From Octopus vulgaris (Eukaryota): a stretch of 64,000 nucleotides of DNA. The stretch is taken from assembly GCA_951406725.2 (NCBI GenBank), contig OX597820.1:19716001-19780000 (forward strand). Reading direction: 5' to 3'. Every line of letters begins with the position of its first letter. The first letter of the stretch is position 1. The notes beneath the pieces are model-generated. The model did no database searches. It was not told the origin of the DNA and saw only the letters and a list, made by a program, of their open reading frames with translations. The position numbers were made by a program, and so were the translations under genes. Positions 13,422-25,826 of the stretch are shown one piece after another.

Positions 13422-13961
13422 ATACAAGATAAGAAAATGGAGAAATACATCTAAATCAAATATCAATTACACGATAATACTCAATCACATACTTTATTAA
13501 ACCACCACATAAGAGACTGTAGGGTTACATATAAAAAGCAGAACAAATCAGTCTACATAAAGGAATGTACATAAAAAAGTGTACATAAAAGAGTAAGTAA
13601 TGTTGTATAATAAGTAGAATATATATAAAAGAGAATATAAAATGTACACTACTGTATGTACACTGATTTGTTCTGCTTTTTATATGTAACCCTACAGTCT
13701 CTTATGTGGTGGTTTAATAAAGTATGTGATTGAGTATTATTGTGTAATTGATATTTGATTTAGATGTATTTCTCCATTTTCTTATCTTGTATTAGTAATT
13801 TGTGGTAAATTATTTTACCTTCGCCCATATAATACAGTAAATGAATTGATTGCATCGCAATCCTTAACATTTATGTATTAACTTTGTTGGGTACTTCACT
13901 AGCAGTATATTGGATATATCTTATCCCATGGAGGGTTGCATTTACAACCCCTATCTCAATT

Positions 13962-13963
<2 letters not shown>
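13422..13963. repeat. Insertion in (TA)n with an inverted partial duplicate (arms 13422-13558 and 13655-13792)
   Basis: About 135-bp near-perfect inverted arms. The right arm continues another 170 bp or so to a (TA)n run. Confidence 0.85.
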
Positions 13964-13995
<32 letters not shown>

Positions 13996-14079
13996 ATCCA
14001 AACAGGAAAACACAACAACACGAGGACGTGGAACAAATATAGTATTATTGGACGCTCAGGAAGGAAGGGAAGAAGGAGG

Positions 14080-14114
14080 GTTTAATGTTTCGAGTGGAGC
14101 TCTTCATCGGAAAC
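14080..14114 (-). ncRNA. Minimal hammerhead-like motif in a short (TA)n-tailed repeat (13991-14200); second copy at 29075-29110 (+)
   Basis: GUUU-CCGAUGA-A-GAG(CUCCA)CUC-GAAACAUU-AAAC. The 29 kb copy reads GUUU-CUGACGA-A-GAG(CUCCA)CUC-AAAACGUU-AAAU. Each copy carries different single mutations of one intact consensus. Confidence 0.6.
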
Positions 14115-14229
14115 ATAGGAGAAGGAAAGATCCAGAGAAGAGAAGACAGAGGAAAAAAAAAAAAAAAAAAAATTGCCAATGGTACACACGCGGTCACATT
14201 ATCTCTTTTCTCTTTCTCTTTTCTCTTTT

Positions 14230-14625
14230 CTCTTTTACTTGTTTCAGTCATTTGACTGTGCCCATGCTGGAGCACCGCCTTTAATCGAGCAACTCGACCC
14301 CGGGACTTATTCTTTGTAAGCCCAGTACTTATTCTATCGGTCTCTTTTTTGCCGAACCGCTAAGTGACGGGGACGTAAACACACCAGCATCGGTTGTCAA
14401 GCGATGCTAGGGGGACAAACACAGACACACAAACACACATACATATATATATACATATATACGACAGGCTTCTTTCAGTTTCCGTCTACCAAATCCACTC
14501 ACAAGGCATTGGTCGGCCCGGGGCTATAGCAGAAGACACTTGCCCAAGATGCCACGCAGTGGGACTGAACCCGGAACCATGTGGTTGGTTAGTAAGCTAC
14601 TTACCACACAGCCACTCCTGCGCCT
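14230..14625 (-). mobile_element. SINE family A, young full-length copy
   Basis: Nearly identical to the copies at 51535-51938 and 58002-58424. Confidence 0.9.
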
Positions 14626-14785
14626 ATATATATAAATATATAGGTTATGAGAGGTAATGGTGTCATTGAGACCCAAAGGTGTCAGGTAATGCTGAATAAG
14701 TGCTATAGACAGACCATAGTTAATTTCCAAGTTTGGTGATTTTGTGAATAAGGGGTTCAACATTGGTCATATGTCAGCGTGTGTA

Positions 14786-15022
14786 TATAATTTTTTTTTT
14801 TTGTAACGAGATAAAAAAAACTAAGGCTGTGAAGATTTTAGAACATTTATAGATAGAAGGTCTTACAGCTGTTTCCAGGATATTTATTATATCCCTTCAT
14901 TGGTGACAGTGTGAAGGGATATAATAAATATCCTGGAAAAAGCTGTAAGACCTTCTATCTATAAATGTTCTAAAATCGACTCAGCCTTGGTTTTTTTATC
15001 TTATTATAAAAAAAAAATTATA
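14786..15022. repeat. Fold-back repeat (about 113-bp arms) with degenerate hammerhead halves at its centre
   Basis: The arms are reverse complements. The centre reads (x)GA-A-GGGAUAU(AAUAA)AUAUCCUG-GAAAC-AGCU-GUA-AGAC on the minus arm, and the same with one substitution on the plus arm. Confidence 0.75.
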
Positions 15023-15289
15023 TATATATTACTCTTTTACTCGTTTCAGTCATTTGACTGTGGCCATGCTGGAGCACCACCTTTAGTCAAGCAAATCGAC
15101 CACAGGACTTATTCTTTGTAAGCCTAGTACTTATTCTATCGGTCTCTTTTGCCGAACCGCTAAGTGACGGGGCCGTAAACACACCAGCATCGGTTGTCAA
15201 ACAATGCTAGGGGGACAAACACAGACACACAAACATATACACACACAATATACTCCTGGTTAATATATATATATACGTCAACACCAACA

Positions 15290-15580
15290 TCAAAATAAAA
15301 ATCAAATGGAAATTGCAGTTAAGATACTCGTGCCGTTCGTGTTGGTGACACGTAAAAAGCACCAACCGATCGTGGCCGTTTGCCAGCCTCCTCTGACCCC
15401 TGTGCTGGTGGCACGTAAAAAGCACCCACTACACTCACGGAGTGGTTGGCGTTAAGAAGGGCATCCAGCTGTAGAAATTCTGCCAGATCAGACTGGAGCC
15501 TGGTGCAGCCTCCTGGCTTCCCAGACCCCAGTCGAACCGTCCGACTCATGCTAGCATGGAAAACGGCTGTTAAATGATGA
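15290..15580 (+). mobile_element. Short RTE 3'-tail repeat (family C), tail (GAT)n
   Basis: Matches the 3' UTR of the RTE LINE at 56100-56620. Further copies at about 16915-17200, 18945-19090, 29400-29680, 38280-38620, 38800-39075, 41915-42250, 52035-52630, 58840-59170 and 63120-63385. Confidence 0.8.
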
Positions 15581-16490
15581 TATATATATATATATATCAT
15601 CATCATCGTTTAACGTCCACTTTCCATGCTAGCATGGGTTGGACGATTTTGACTGAGGGCTGGTGAACCAGATGTTAAACGATGATGATGATGATATATA
15701 TGTACGTTTCTGTTCTTTTGTCTTGACATTGTATGATTATTGTAAATGACTGTCATTTCTAGCTTTCAGTAAAACCACGTCTAGCTATGAGAAATATTAC
15801 CTTGCTTGGAAACAGGTAAGGGTTAGGATCCAGGAAGGAGAACCAGTTGTAGAAAATCTGCCTCCGTATACTCCATCCAACCCATGCAAGTATGGAAAAG
15901 TGGACATTAAAGTGATGGCCATATATATGCATTTGTGTGTGTGTGTGTGTTGATATTTGCTCTTCTTCAAAAATTTCTCACCTATAAATAATATTGCTCT
16001 CAATGGCTATTCTGTTGGCTTTGTAGCTGTTTTATTTTTCTTTGTGTGTGAAATAAGATATCCTTTGCCTGAAAAGCAGATAAGAGTTGGTGACAGAAAG
16101 GCCATCTTGCATGTGTGTGTGTGTGTGTGTACATGGACACTCAGAAGCCAGTTATATGTGTATGTATATACATATATATTTTAAAACAAGGACTGGGAAA
16201 TTCGGTATTTTTTAATTGCATGTTACATGCGTTTTATTACAGAATACTAGTTCTGAGGTATATACATGTAGAAAACACTTATGGTATCTCCTATCAGTGG
16301 TTCATTACACTGGATGATGCTACAGTTTATAATTTAAGAATTAACCAGGAGAATATTGAGAGATAGAGAGAGAGAAAAAGGGGAAAATGATTAAAAAAAA
16401 ATAGGTAGAGAATATATATGTAAAGAATAAAAAGTTTTGAATGGTACAACAATGCACTATAATACACCTGTTGTAATTTAGTTATCCATA

Positions 16491-16530
16491 GTCCGATGAT
16501 ATTTCGGAATAATATTCCTTCTTCAGATAC
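16491..16530 (-). ncRNA. Degenerate hammerhead-like motif
   Basis: Minus strand reads CUGAAGA-A-GGAAUA(U)UAUUCC-GAAAUAUCAUC-GGAC. Core and stem II are present; stems I and III are imperfect. Confidence 0.45.
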
Positions 16531-16823
16531 TCTTAGATGGAGTCGCTGCTATAATCGGTTTTCTAACAGCTTTTCTTTTTTCATTTTTTGGAAGCGTCTC
16601 AGCAGTGGTCTCACAATGCTCCTTCCGGAATTCCTCATGAGAAGTGTGTGAGGTCGGCCACGTCTCAATCTCGTGTGTGCTGGTACATCCATAGCACTGC
16701 TTCTAAGTTACGTATTATACGTGTAGCCTCCTTTTTTTTTTTTGTTATAAACTACAGATGAGCATATCAAAAATGAACCTATACGCATCCAGATGTATCT
16801 AAATAATGTAAGGTGTATGTATG

Positions 16824-16864
<41 letters not shown>

Positions 16865-17320
16865 TAAGAGAGGACAGCTTGGATTATAAGCCATTCTATA
16901 CACTATATCATCATCATCATCATCATTTAACCTCTGCTTTCCATGCTGGCATGTGTTAGACAGTTTAACCGGAATTGGTAAGCCAGAGAGCTGCACCAGA
17001 TTCCAGTCTGATTTGGCATGGTTTCTACAGCTTGATGCCCTTCCTAATGCCAACCACACCAAGAGTGTCACGGATGCTTTTTACATGCCACTGGTACAGG
17101 TGTCATTTTACGTGACACCAGCAACGGCAACAACAGCGATTTCACAGGTGCCATTTACATGACATTAGCAATGGTCACGACTACAATTTCACTTGGCACA
17201 AAGAAACAAATGGAAAATTCACACAAGATTTCAATGTGTGCTCTATATACTCATGCATACACAGAAGTAAGCAGAGTTATTTTACCAAAACTGAAGCTAT
17301 ATTTAGAAGCAGTAAATAAA

Positions 17321-17560
17321 TGCGCCCTTTTAAATCCTAGCCAGGCTCATGGGCCCAGTTTCTATGGTGTATGTGCTCCCCAGCTGGACAGGACACCAGT
17401 CCATCGCAGCGTTACTCATTTTTGCCAGCTGAGTGGACTGGAGCAATGTGAAATGAAGTGTTTTGCTCAAGAACACAACGCGTCGCCCGGTCCAGGAATC
17501 GAAACCACAATCTTATGATCATGATGCTGACACCCTAACCACTAAGCCACGCACCTCCAG
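17321..17560 (-). mobile_element. tRNA-derived SINE with 22-bp TSD
   Basis: tRNA-like head tggcttagtggtta...ggtttcgattcc on the minus strand. tatatttagaagcagtaaataa is duplicated at 17298-17319 and 17568-17589. A related copy lies at about 33520-33858. Confidence 0.8.
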
Positions 17561-17844
17561 GAATCTATATATTTAGAAGCAGTAAATAATGCTGAACCAT
17601 GATTGACAAAAACCTAAGCAAAGGCAAAGGAAACAGCTAAAAATTACAAAAAACTGAGTTGAAACACCAAGGTCTCAAAATTAGAATTGAAAATAGGTAA
17701 TGTGATGAGGACAAAAATAATGTAATCTTTGGCAGATTAATGCTGTGTCAAAAGTTATTTCAAACTGATATTGACTCTTAACATGACCACGGCTCAATTG
17801 TTAATAGATATCTGTCAAGATGGTGAACAAATCTGACATGTATA

Positions 17845-18407
17845 CAGGATTGGCCAAAAGTCACCCGATCGTAAATCAAAATTGCATAAATACTATCTGT
17901 AATACTGTATTGACTTGAATGAGGAATGTTTTTTTGAATGTTTGAAGGGGAGCTGAAGCAATTGCCCCAGTTCCCCTTTAGGGTTGGCGAAAGCGATGTG
18001 GTGGACAATGAAAAACCTGGCTGAAGACAGTCAAGGGTAATCTGGAACCCAACCTAGGCCCCCATATCTACGGTGTTCGCCACTGGAATAAGGAGTCGTT
18101 GGAGATCACGCGGTCGTTAGCCTCAAATTGCTGGGTCTGGTCGGCGTTTGTGAGAGATGCAGCATTGAAGATGAATGAAGCCAACTCAACCCACCCCGGG
18201 TGAATGCTGTCTCAAGACAAGAAGAAGAAGAAGATTGACTCGAATGGAAAAATGTGTCGCTCAAGAAGGACTTCAGTTTGAACTATTTTCATGATGTTTC
18301 ATATTTAAATGCTTTTATTAAATGCATGCAGTTGTTAAGTTAAACATAAATAAATCTTGGAATTTAATGGGTTTGATTTACTGTCAGCTGACTTTTGACC
18401 AACCCTG
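17845..18407. mobile_element. Tc1/mariner MITE containing a nested LINE 3' end
   Basis: TA-flanked TIRs caggattggccaaaagtca / tgacttttgaccaaccctg. Confidence 0.8.
18005..18233 (+). mobile_element. 3' end of an RTE-clade (SR2-like) LINE
   Basis: Translates KTWLKTVKGNLEPNLGPHIYGVRHWNKESL...WSAFVRDA...HPG*, followed by a (GAA)n tail. Resembles RTE ORF2 C-termini (from memory). Confidence 0.6.
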
Positions 18408-20710
18408 TATGTATGTATAACAGGGTTTATAGCCTTGCTAACTGCATGGCAATCTCTCTAGTGTTGGTGGCATGAAAAGAAAGCACCCAGTGCATTCTGT
18501 AAAGTGGTTGGTATTAGGAAGAGCATTCAGCCATAGAAACCATGTCAAAGCAAATACTGCAGCATACCAGAGCTCTTGGACTCATTGGGTCCTGTCAAAT
18601 ATGGACATTAAATAATGATGACGATGACCTCACCCCCTAATTCAGGTCAAGGATTGCTCGTCTACATTGATGTTATTGATACACAGCTTAAAGGTGACGA
18701 GCTGGCAGAATTGTTAGCACGCCAGGTGAAATGCTTAGCAGTATTTTGCCAGCCACTATGTTCTGAGTTCAAATTCCACTGAGGTCAACTTTTCCTTTTA
18801 TCCTTTCGGGGTCGATTAAGTAAGTACCACTGGAGCCGATGAAATCGACTTAATTCCTTCCCCAAAATTTGTGGCCTTGTGCTTCCAGTAGAAAGGATTG
18901 ATACACAACTTACCAACTCTTTCAATCTATGTTCTTTAAGTATCATCATCATTAAACGTCTGCTTTCCAAGCTAGCTTGGGTTGGAGAATTTGACTGAGG
19001 GCTGGCGAACCAGATGGCTGCACCAGGTTCCAATCTTGATCTGGCAGTGTTTTTACAGCTGGATGCCCTTCCTAACACCAACCACTCCAAGCTAGATAGA
19101 ATATTTTGTTAACACCAGGTCAGCTCTGTTTTATCAGACATGTGGTCAGAGACACTCCAAACATGACCATTCTGTCTTCATACTGTGCCGTCAGAGTTCA
19201 TGAAGTGAAAGGCTCCAATGACTCGCAGTCGACTGGGACTCCTCAGTCCATGTTTCTAGACGGGTTGGGTTGGTTGCCAATGCTTGTCACATTATTTTAC
19301 TGAATTCTATATTATTTCCAGAATTAATTAAAACAAAAATAGTGCATTTCAACAGAAATGGGTAATGAAAGAATTAAAACAGTATGGTGGGGCAAGAGAG
19401 AGATTTGGCTGCTGTTTCTAGCTGGTCAAACAATTGTTTTGAGTCTTGACTCTATTACACAGTTATGTGGTTGGTGAGCTGTAAGGTTTTCCTGTGGTAA
19501 AAACAATTGCTTCAATACAATAAATATAAACCATCCCATTTATACAAAACATAGGAATATTAATGTAAAATAGATTATTATTATTACTGTGCTTGAACAA
19601 GTTACTCTACTCTATTTAATATTGCTTGCTGTTTGGTCTACTTGCTTGAAACAATAACCTTAGAGCTCAGAGGTCGATCAGACATAAAACCTCCAATGAA
19701 TTGTCTCCTCCAACAATATCACTCTCCTTGATTATAAAACAGTAAGCACTAATGGATAATACCGAACCAAACCAATGCTTTTATTTGCTTTAGTTATCTA
19801 ATAACAAATCTATATAAACTTTTTTACCCTAAAACTAAACTAAAGTTGATCAAAAAAGAAAAAAAAAACAAACACAAGATTAACACTTTTCGATCAAATA
19901 TAATGTTTTTGTCTATGTTAAAGCAATTGCTAATTGTGGATTCTACACTAAAGTTATTGCTGAAATTGTTTTTCTTTATCTATCTCTGTAATACTTAAAC
20001 CAGCAGAGTGAGATGTTTCTTAACCAGGTAACAGTTTATCTGCTGCAAATGATGAGATCTTTACACACACACACAATATATATATATAAAGTTAGTTCAT
20101 GATTACAAAGAAAAAAAATGGAAGAAAAAAGACCGATTCTAGTTTCCTCTTGTACATTATTTACTTCACATATCCCTATAACATTATAGGCATCAGGCAC
20201 CAACCAAATGCCATTTAACTGACAGTAAGAACAACGTCAGCGACTATGGCAAACAAACATGATAAAATTGAGCTGAGGCCAGCAGCAAGCTGAAGCTAAT
20301 TACAACTTGGATTCTGTAGTTCCAAGCTGCAAATCTAAAATTATTGATTCCTTGCTGTGTGTTCTGTACACTTGACACAAGCTCTGTGTCAACACTATTG
20401 GAAAGTGTCTAAATTGATAAAAAGCTAAATTGTTTCTCTAGAAATTCTGTTGGTCGTTATGTTCTTACAATAAGCCATTCAACTTATAAAAATACTGCAC
20501 TCGGCTGCTCGTGTTTGTCTCCAGATATATGTACTGACAAAAACACGGATGTCAACACCTACCACATTTTCTCATTCGCATGCACACGTGTGCATGCAAG
20601 CACAGACATACCTACACACACGTACATATATGTTAATATGTGTAGATAGATAGATAGATATATGTGCATGCATACATATATATATATAGACACACACAAG
20701 CATATATATC

Positions 20711-20746
<36 letters not shown>

Positions 20747-20875
20747 TAAGCATTTTCTGTAGAAGAGCGTAGGCTTGAAATGTAAAAGACTTTTTCTATT
20801 CCAGAGCGTTATACTAATACATCTGTTTGTTTTGTACATCACCTGTCTTCGTCTTTTGTTTTTCTCATAAACTCT

Positions 20876-20918
<43 letters not shown>

Positions 20919-22768
20919 TATATGCACACATACACACACACACACATAACCACCTTGTTTGTGGGCTTTTTTGTGAGGCTATTAACTATCATACTAAGTG
21001 ACTCAGAATAATACCTCCAATGTAGTTAATACCAGTGATAATAATAGTGATTGCTATATGTGATGAATTGAGGTTATTAGGACAAGCCCCAACTTTCTCA
21101 TTCGTTTTAGATGATGAAGTCAAAAATCAGCTAAGGCATCACTAGAAATCTGCTTCTTCTTTCCAGAGCAAAAAAGTTGAGAGTTACCATCAATCAACAT
21201 TGTTACAATGAAAGGTTGGTTAGGAAAGAATGTGAAGATGCTAGGGCAGAAACAGATTGATGTGTGTTGTGTGCAAGAAATAAGATGGAAGGAGACCTCA
21301 ACCAGACGCCTTGCAGACAAGGAACAACAGTACAAATTCTTCTGTGCTTGTAACAACAAGGGAGTAAGTGAAGTGGGTAAGGTATACTATTCCCTGTGAG
21401 GTGAATAGATAAATTGAGGCAGTCAGAGTGATTGACAGCATAATTATGCTTAGGTTAGTTATTGGCAATTTGTCTATGGCATTGAACTCTGCATACATTA
21501 CAGAACTTCAGGAGGCTTGATCCTTCCTCAATTATTATACCATACCCATAGGTTCCATGTACACTTTGGAAGCTCATAAAAGTGGTCCCTCTGCATACTA
21601 CCGCTATGATAAATAACAGTAGCTTCATTATTGCAGTTACATAATGAACCAGTTGTCAATAGATGACAGCTTCTAAAATGTTCTTGGAGGTTATGGTTAT
21701 GGTACAAAGAATGAGGAGAGATCACGACTTCTGGAGTTCTACAACATAAATGACCTAACCATTTTTCAATCAGGAAACAAGCCAACTACATGTTTACTTA
21801 CCAGTCAGATGAACACACAAGCCACATAGACTCCATTCATACAGTGGACATTAAAGTGATGGACATATGTATGCATTTGTGTGTGTTGATATTTGCTCTT
21901 CTTCAAAAATTTCTCACCTATAACTAACATTGCTCTCAATGGCTAATCTGTTGGCTTTGGAGTTTTATTTATTTTTTTTAATGTGTGAAATAAGATATTC
22001 TTTGCCTGAAAAGCAGATAAGAGTTGGTGACAGAAAGGCCATCTTCCTTCTGTGTGTGTACACGGACACTCAGAAGCCAGTTGTGTGTCAACTGGCTTTT
22101 ACTGGTGAAGAATTTACCACCTGACTGAGTTTTGTGATTACTGATTTCAGAATAAGAACTAAATGAACCAAGAGAAGGTCAAAAGTTTGGAGAAGGAAAA
22201 TATAGAAGTTTAAAGAGCCAACAAACAATAAGAGATTCAGAGAAGTACTAGTTGAAGCATTTGATGAAAGGAAGCATGCGATAGAAACTTATAGCATGGA
22301 GAAAACAGGACAGCTTAGATTTGTGGCTGGTGTGAGGTTCCAACCACAGGCAGCATGGTGGTGGAATATAGCTGTGTACAAAGTATTTAAAATTAAGATT
22401 CAGGTTTGGGTAGACTGGGAAAAAGGGGATAATAAAAAAAAATAAAGCAATGTCAGACAGCTAGATGAGATGCTAGACATCAAGTGTACATAGCAAGAAG
22501 AGATGCAGAAAGGAAGAAGTTTGCACAAGGTTTGTGACATAAAAGATTAGGGATGGAGTGTGTTCAGGATTGCTAAGCAGTGTATTAAAGAGAACCAAGA
22601 TGCTGTCAAGGTATAAAGGGATCGTAATGATGCACTGGCTCTCACTAATGCTAAAAAGAGAGATAGAAATACAATTCTGAAAGGCTGTTGAATGTGGAAT
22701 CTATGGCAATGGAGAGAGAGAGAGGTGGGGGAGTCTATTGCAACTAGACCCAAAAGAAGGATTAGGTG

Positions 22769-22825
22769 CTCTAGTTGACAACTGTATGACACTCTATCAG
22801 AGTGTCATACAGTTGTCAACTAGAG
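22769..22825. repeat. Perfect 27-bp hairpin with 3-nt loop
   Basis: ctctagttgacaactgtatgacactct-atc-agagtgtcatacagttgtcaactagag. Confidence 0.95.
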
Positions 22826-23921
22826 AACATTCATACAATAACACTGCTACACCAACCACAAGGTATGAACAACTGTTCTCTGCAATCTAAACGACTGTTT
22901 GAGTGATTAACTCAATCTCTATTTTTTCAGATATTTCAAGCTTCTCATTGAATAGTTCTGATGGGCCAGCTGCTTTCTCATTTTCATATTTGCAAACATT
23001 CCATTCATACAGTGGACATCTATTGACAACTGGTTCATTAAGTAACTACAATAACGAAGCTGCTGTTATTTATCATAGAGGGACCACTCTTATGAGCTTC
23101 CAAAGTGTACGTGGAGCCTACGGGTATGGTATAATAATTGAGGAAGGATCAAGCTTCCTGAAGTTCTGTAATGTACACAGAGTTCAATGCCATAAACATG
23201 AACCATAGATATCTTATTTCACACATTAAAACAAAAAAAAACCCAGCTACAAAGCCAACAGATTAACCATTGAGAGCAATGCTATAGGTGAGAAATTTTT
23301 GAAGAACAAATATCAATACGCACACACACATGCATACATATGTCCATCACTTTAATGTCCACTGTATGAATGGAGTGGTTGCAAATATGAAAATGGGAAA
23401 GCAGCTGGCCCATCAGAAATATTCACTGGGATGCTTGAAATACCTGAAAAAATAGGGATTGAGTTAAATCACTCAAACAGTCATTTAGGTTACAGAGAAC
23501 AGTTGTTCATACCTTGTGGCTGGTGTAGCAGTGTTATTGTAAATTGTTACAAGGGCAAATGAAATGTGTTAGAAAGAGGAAATTTCAGGCATGAGAACAA
23601 AAACCTGGAATTGAAGGGCTTTAAAGAAAACTTAGCCAAAACTAAAATTACACTTAGTAGAAAAGAAAGCTGGACACTGCGACTATCCTAGAAATGGTTG
23701 TATTTAGTATGCAGGAAAGGAGTAAATAGAAACTCCCTACAGTGAGCCCAGAGGAAACACTGGATGTGCAAGATGTGGAGAAGGACCACAGGCAGGTTAA
23801 CAGAAAACATTGCAGATGCTCAGAAGCATCAAGCACAGAAAACATCCAGGTAATAAATTCCTTTGGGTAGCCAGTTGGGTCCTTAGAAGTAGTCAACAAT
23901 TTTGTTGTTCAATATTTTCAT

Positions 23922-24172
23922 TATTTACATTATTTACAATTAATGGATATTTGTCCTCATCTTGTTTGTTGTTAACACAACATTTCAGCTGATATACCTT
24001 CCAGCCTTCATCAGGCGTCTTGGAGAAATTCCTAAGGTATTTTTCGATGTTATTATTATTATTATTATTATTATTCAGGTCACTGCTTGGAATCGGGCAT
24101 ATGGCTTAGTGGTTAAGAGCTCAGGCTATTAACCCCAAGATTCCGAGTTTGATTCAAAGCAGTGACTTGAAC

Positions 24173-24204
<32 letters not shown>

Positions 24205-24347
24205 CAACAGAAAAATACCTTAGAAATGAGAACCCAGGTTCGAAATTTCTCCAAGACACCTGATGAAGGCTGGAGGGTATATTAGCCAAAATGTTGTATT
24301 AGCAACAAACAAGATGAGGACAAATATCCGTCAAATGTAAATAATGT
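23922..24347. repeat. Fold-back element with a hammerhead motif in each arm and a tRNA-like segment at the centre
   Basis: Arms about 23922-24096 and 24149-24347. Plus arm: GACAC-CUGAUGA-A-GGCUG..UAGCC-AAAAUGUU-GUAUU (24255-24300). Minus arm: GACGC-CUGAUGA-AGGCUG..CAGCU-GAAAUGUU-GUGUU. Centre tggcttagtggttaag...gagtttgattc. Confidence 0.75.
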
Positions 24348-24699
24348 ACATAATTCCTCATTTCTTAAATATAGAACTGAATTTTGTTGCGTGGAAGGTG
24401 TTTGTAAGCCATTTAAGAAACACACAAAAGCCGTTCGATTCACTTCAACATTTAAGTTTAATTTGTCAAAATATTTTCGTCGCTAAAATCCGCGACCTGT
24501 TAAGTGAATTTTGTTGTTATCTAGGTTGTATAATTAGCAGTAGGGGTGGATGTACTGAAAGCATAGTAGCCAGGATAAAATCGGGTTGGAAGAAGTTCAG
24601 GAAACTACTAACTCTATTGTTAATAAAAGTCCTCGCTTTTAGTGAGAAGCGTGGATTGTATGATGCTTGTATGCAAATTTAAATGACATTTGGTATATT

Positions 24700-24950
24700 G
24701 ATGGAGGCTACCATGGCTTCCTGGCACAATTTCTTGCAGGTTATTCTGGAATTCAGACAACTGAAGAAAGGCACCAAGGAGATAGGCATGGTAGCTGAAA
24801 CCAGCTCAAGGTGGCTATGGTTCATAAGAGACTACAGTTAGAACCCTGCTTAAGGTGAAGACTAATGCAGCCCTTGCTACTCGACTAAGGGGAAGCATAC
24901 AGGTTAAGGGGCAAAATGCTTGTGATCTTGAAATATCTGCTGATGATATG
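24700..24950 (+). mobile_element. Decayed 3' end of an RLE-type (HERO-like) non-LTR element
   Basis: Frameshifted GGYHGFLAQFL ... KKGTKEIGMVAETSSRWLWFIRD resembles the VGCRGFxAQS...AExxSxWLWLxR C-terminus of HERO/NeSL-group ORFs (from memory). Confidence 0.45.
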
Positions 24951-25285
24951 GAAGGGTTTCTGACATTGTAATGGATTTAGAAGAGTTGGTAATACATCTG
25001 AGTATCTCCTGCAATTTCAGCATTGGGGTGAAGCATCTCTGGTGTTTATTTCATGTGGACCTTAAGTACATGGGATTCATCAAGACTAAAAAGAAATGAA
25101 GCAAACACAGTTCATAGGCGTAGGAGTGGCTGTGTGGTAAGTAGCTTGCTTACCAACCACATGGTTCCGGGTTCAGTCCCACTGCGTGGCACCTTGGGCA
25201 AGTGTCTTCAACTACTATAGCCTCGGGCCGACCAAAGACTTGTGAGTGGATTTGGTAGACGGAAACTGAAAGAAGCCTGTTGTAT

Positions 25286-25463
25286 ACCAGTAGAGGTTTT
25301 AGTTGCCAATTTTGTACAAGACATTGTAGATCTTTAGCTGGGCTAAAAAGTCACATTCGATCACAGCACCAGTAACAGTTAAGCTTCGTGCAGTGGCCAT
25401 ACTCGATAACGAGGGGGCAGCCATCATGTATGTATGTATTTATGTATGTATTTATGTATGTAT
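25286..25463 (+). mobile_element. 5'-truncated LINE 3' end with C-terminal C2H2 finger (RTE/RTE-X-like), (TATG)n tail
   Basis: GFSCQFCTRHCRSLAGLKSHIRSQHQ* at 25295-25375, then a short UTR and (tatg)n. Confidence 0.65.
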
Positions 25464-25607
25464 ATTGCTTTTAATGGTGGTACATAAAGTAGCTAAAGCA
25501 ATAAAGCTGTTCTTCACTCCTGCTCAAACAAATTGACCCCAGGACTTATTCTTTGTAAGCGTAGTATTTATTCTATCGGTCTCTTTTTCCAAACTGCTAA
25601 GTTACGG

Positions 25608-25638
<31 letters not shown>

Positions 25639-25826
25639 CAATGAAAAAATCCAGTGTAATCCGAGACGGTAGAGTCAGAAGATCCAGTGGTAGTACGGGT
25701 GGACTGCTGGTATGTGGATGAAGAGTGGTGCTGCAAGTTAGGGAAGTGGTTCAGATATGCAAGGCCAAAGAGTTAGAAGTTCAGTCAGGATCAGACTAGG
25801 AAAACCACGAGAGCATATAATACATG

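Larger units (their letters stand above)
21175..24680 (+). mobile_element. Heavily decayed and rearranged RTE-clade LINE (APE endonuclease + RT remnants)
   Basis: IDVCCVQEIRWK (APE N-terminus) at about 21255; MKMGKAAGPS at about 23385; ENLAKTK at about 23625; FCCYLGCIISSRGGCTESIVARIKSGWKKFRKLL...LYDAC at about 24505-24675. The RT-region remnants are homologous to the RTE at 54952-56030. Confidence 0.8.

Noticed and set aside
24100-24160. Genuine tRNA genes at SINE heads
   Set aside because: Only A/B-box-like remnants without a full cloverleaf, embedded in repeats.
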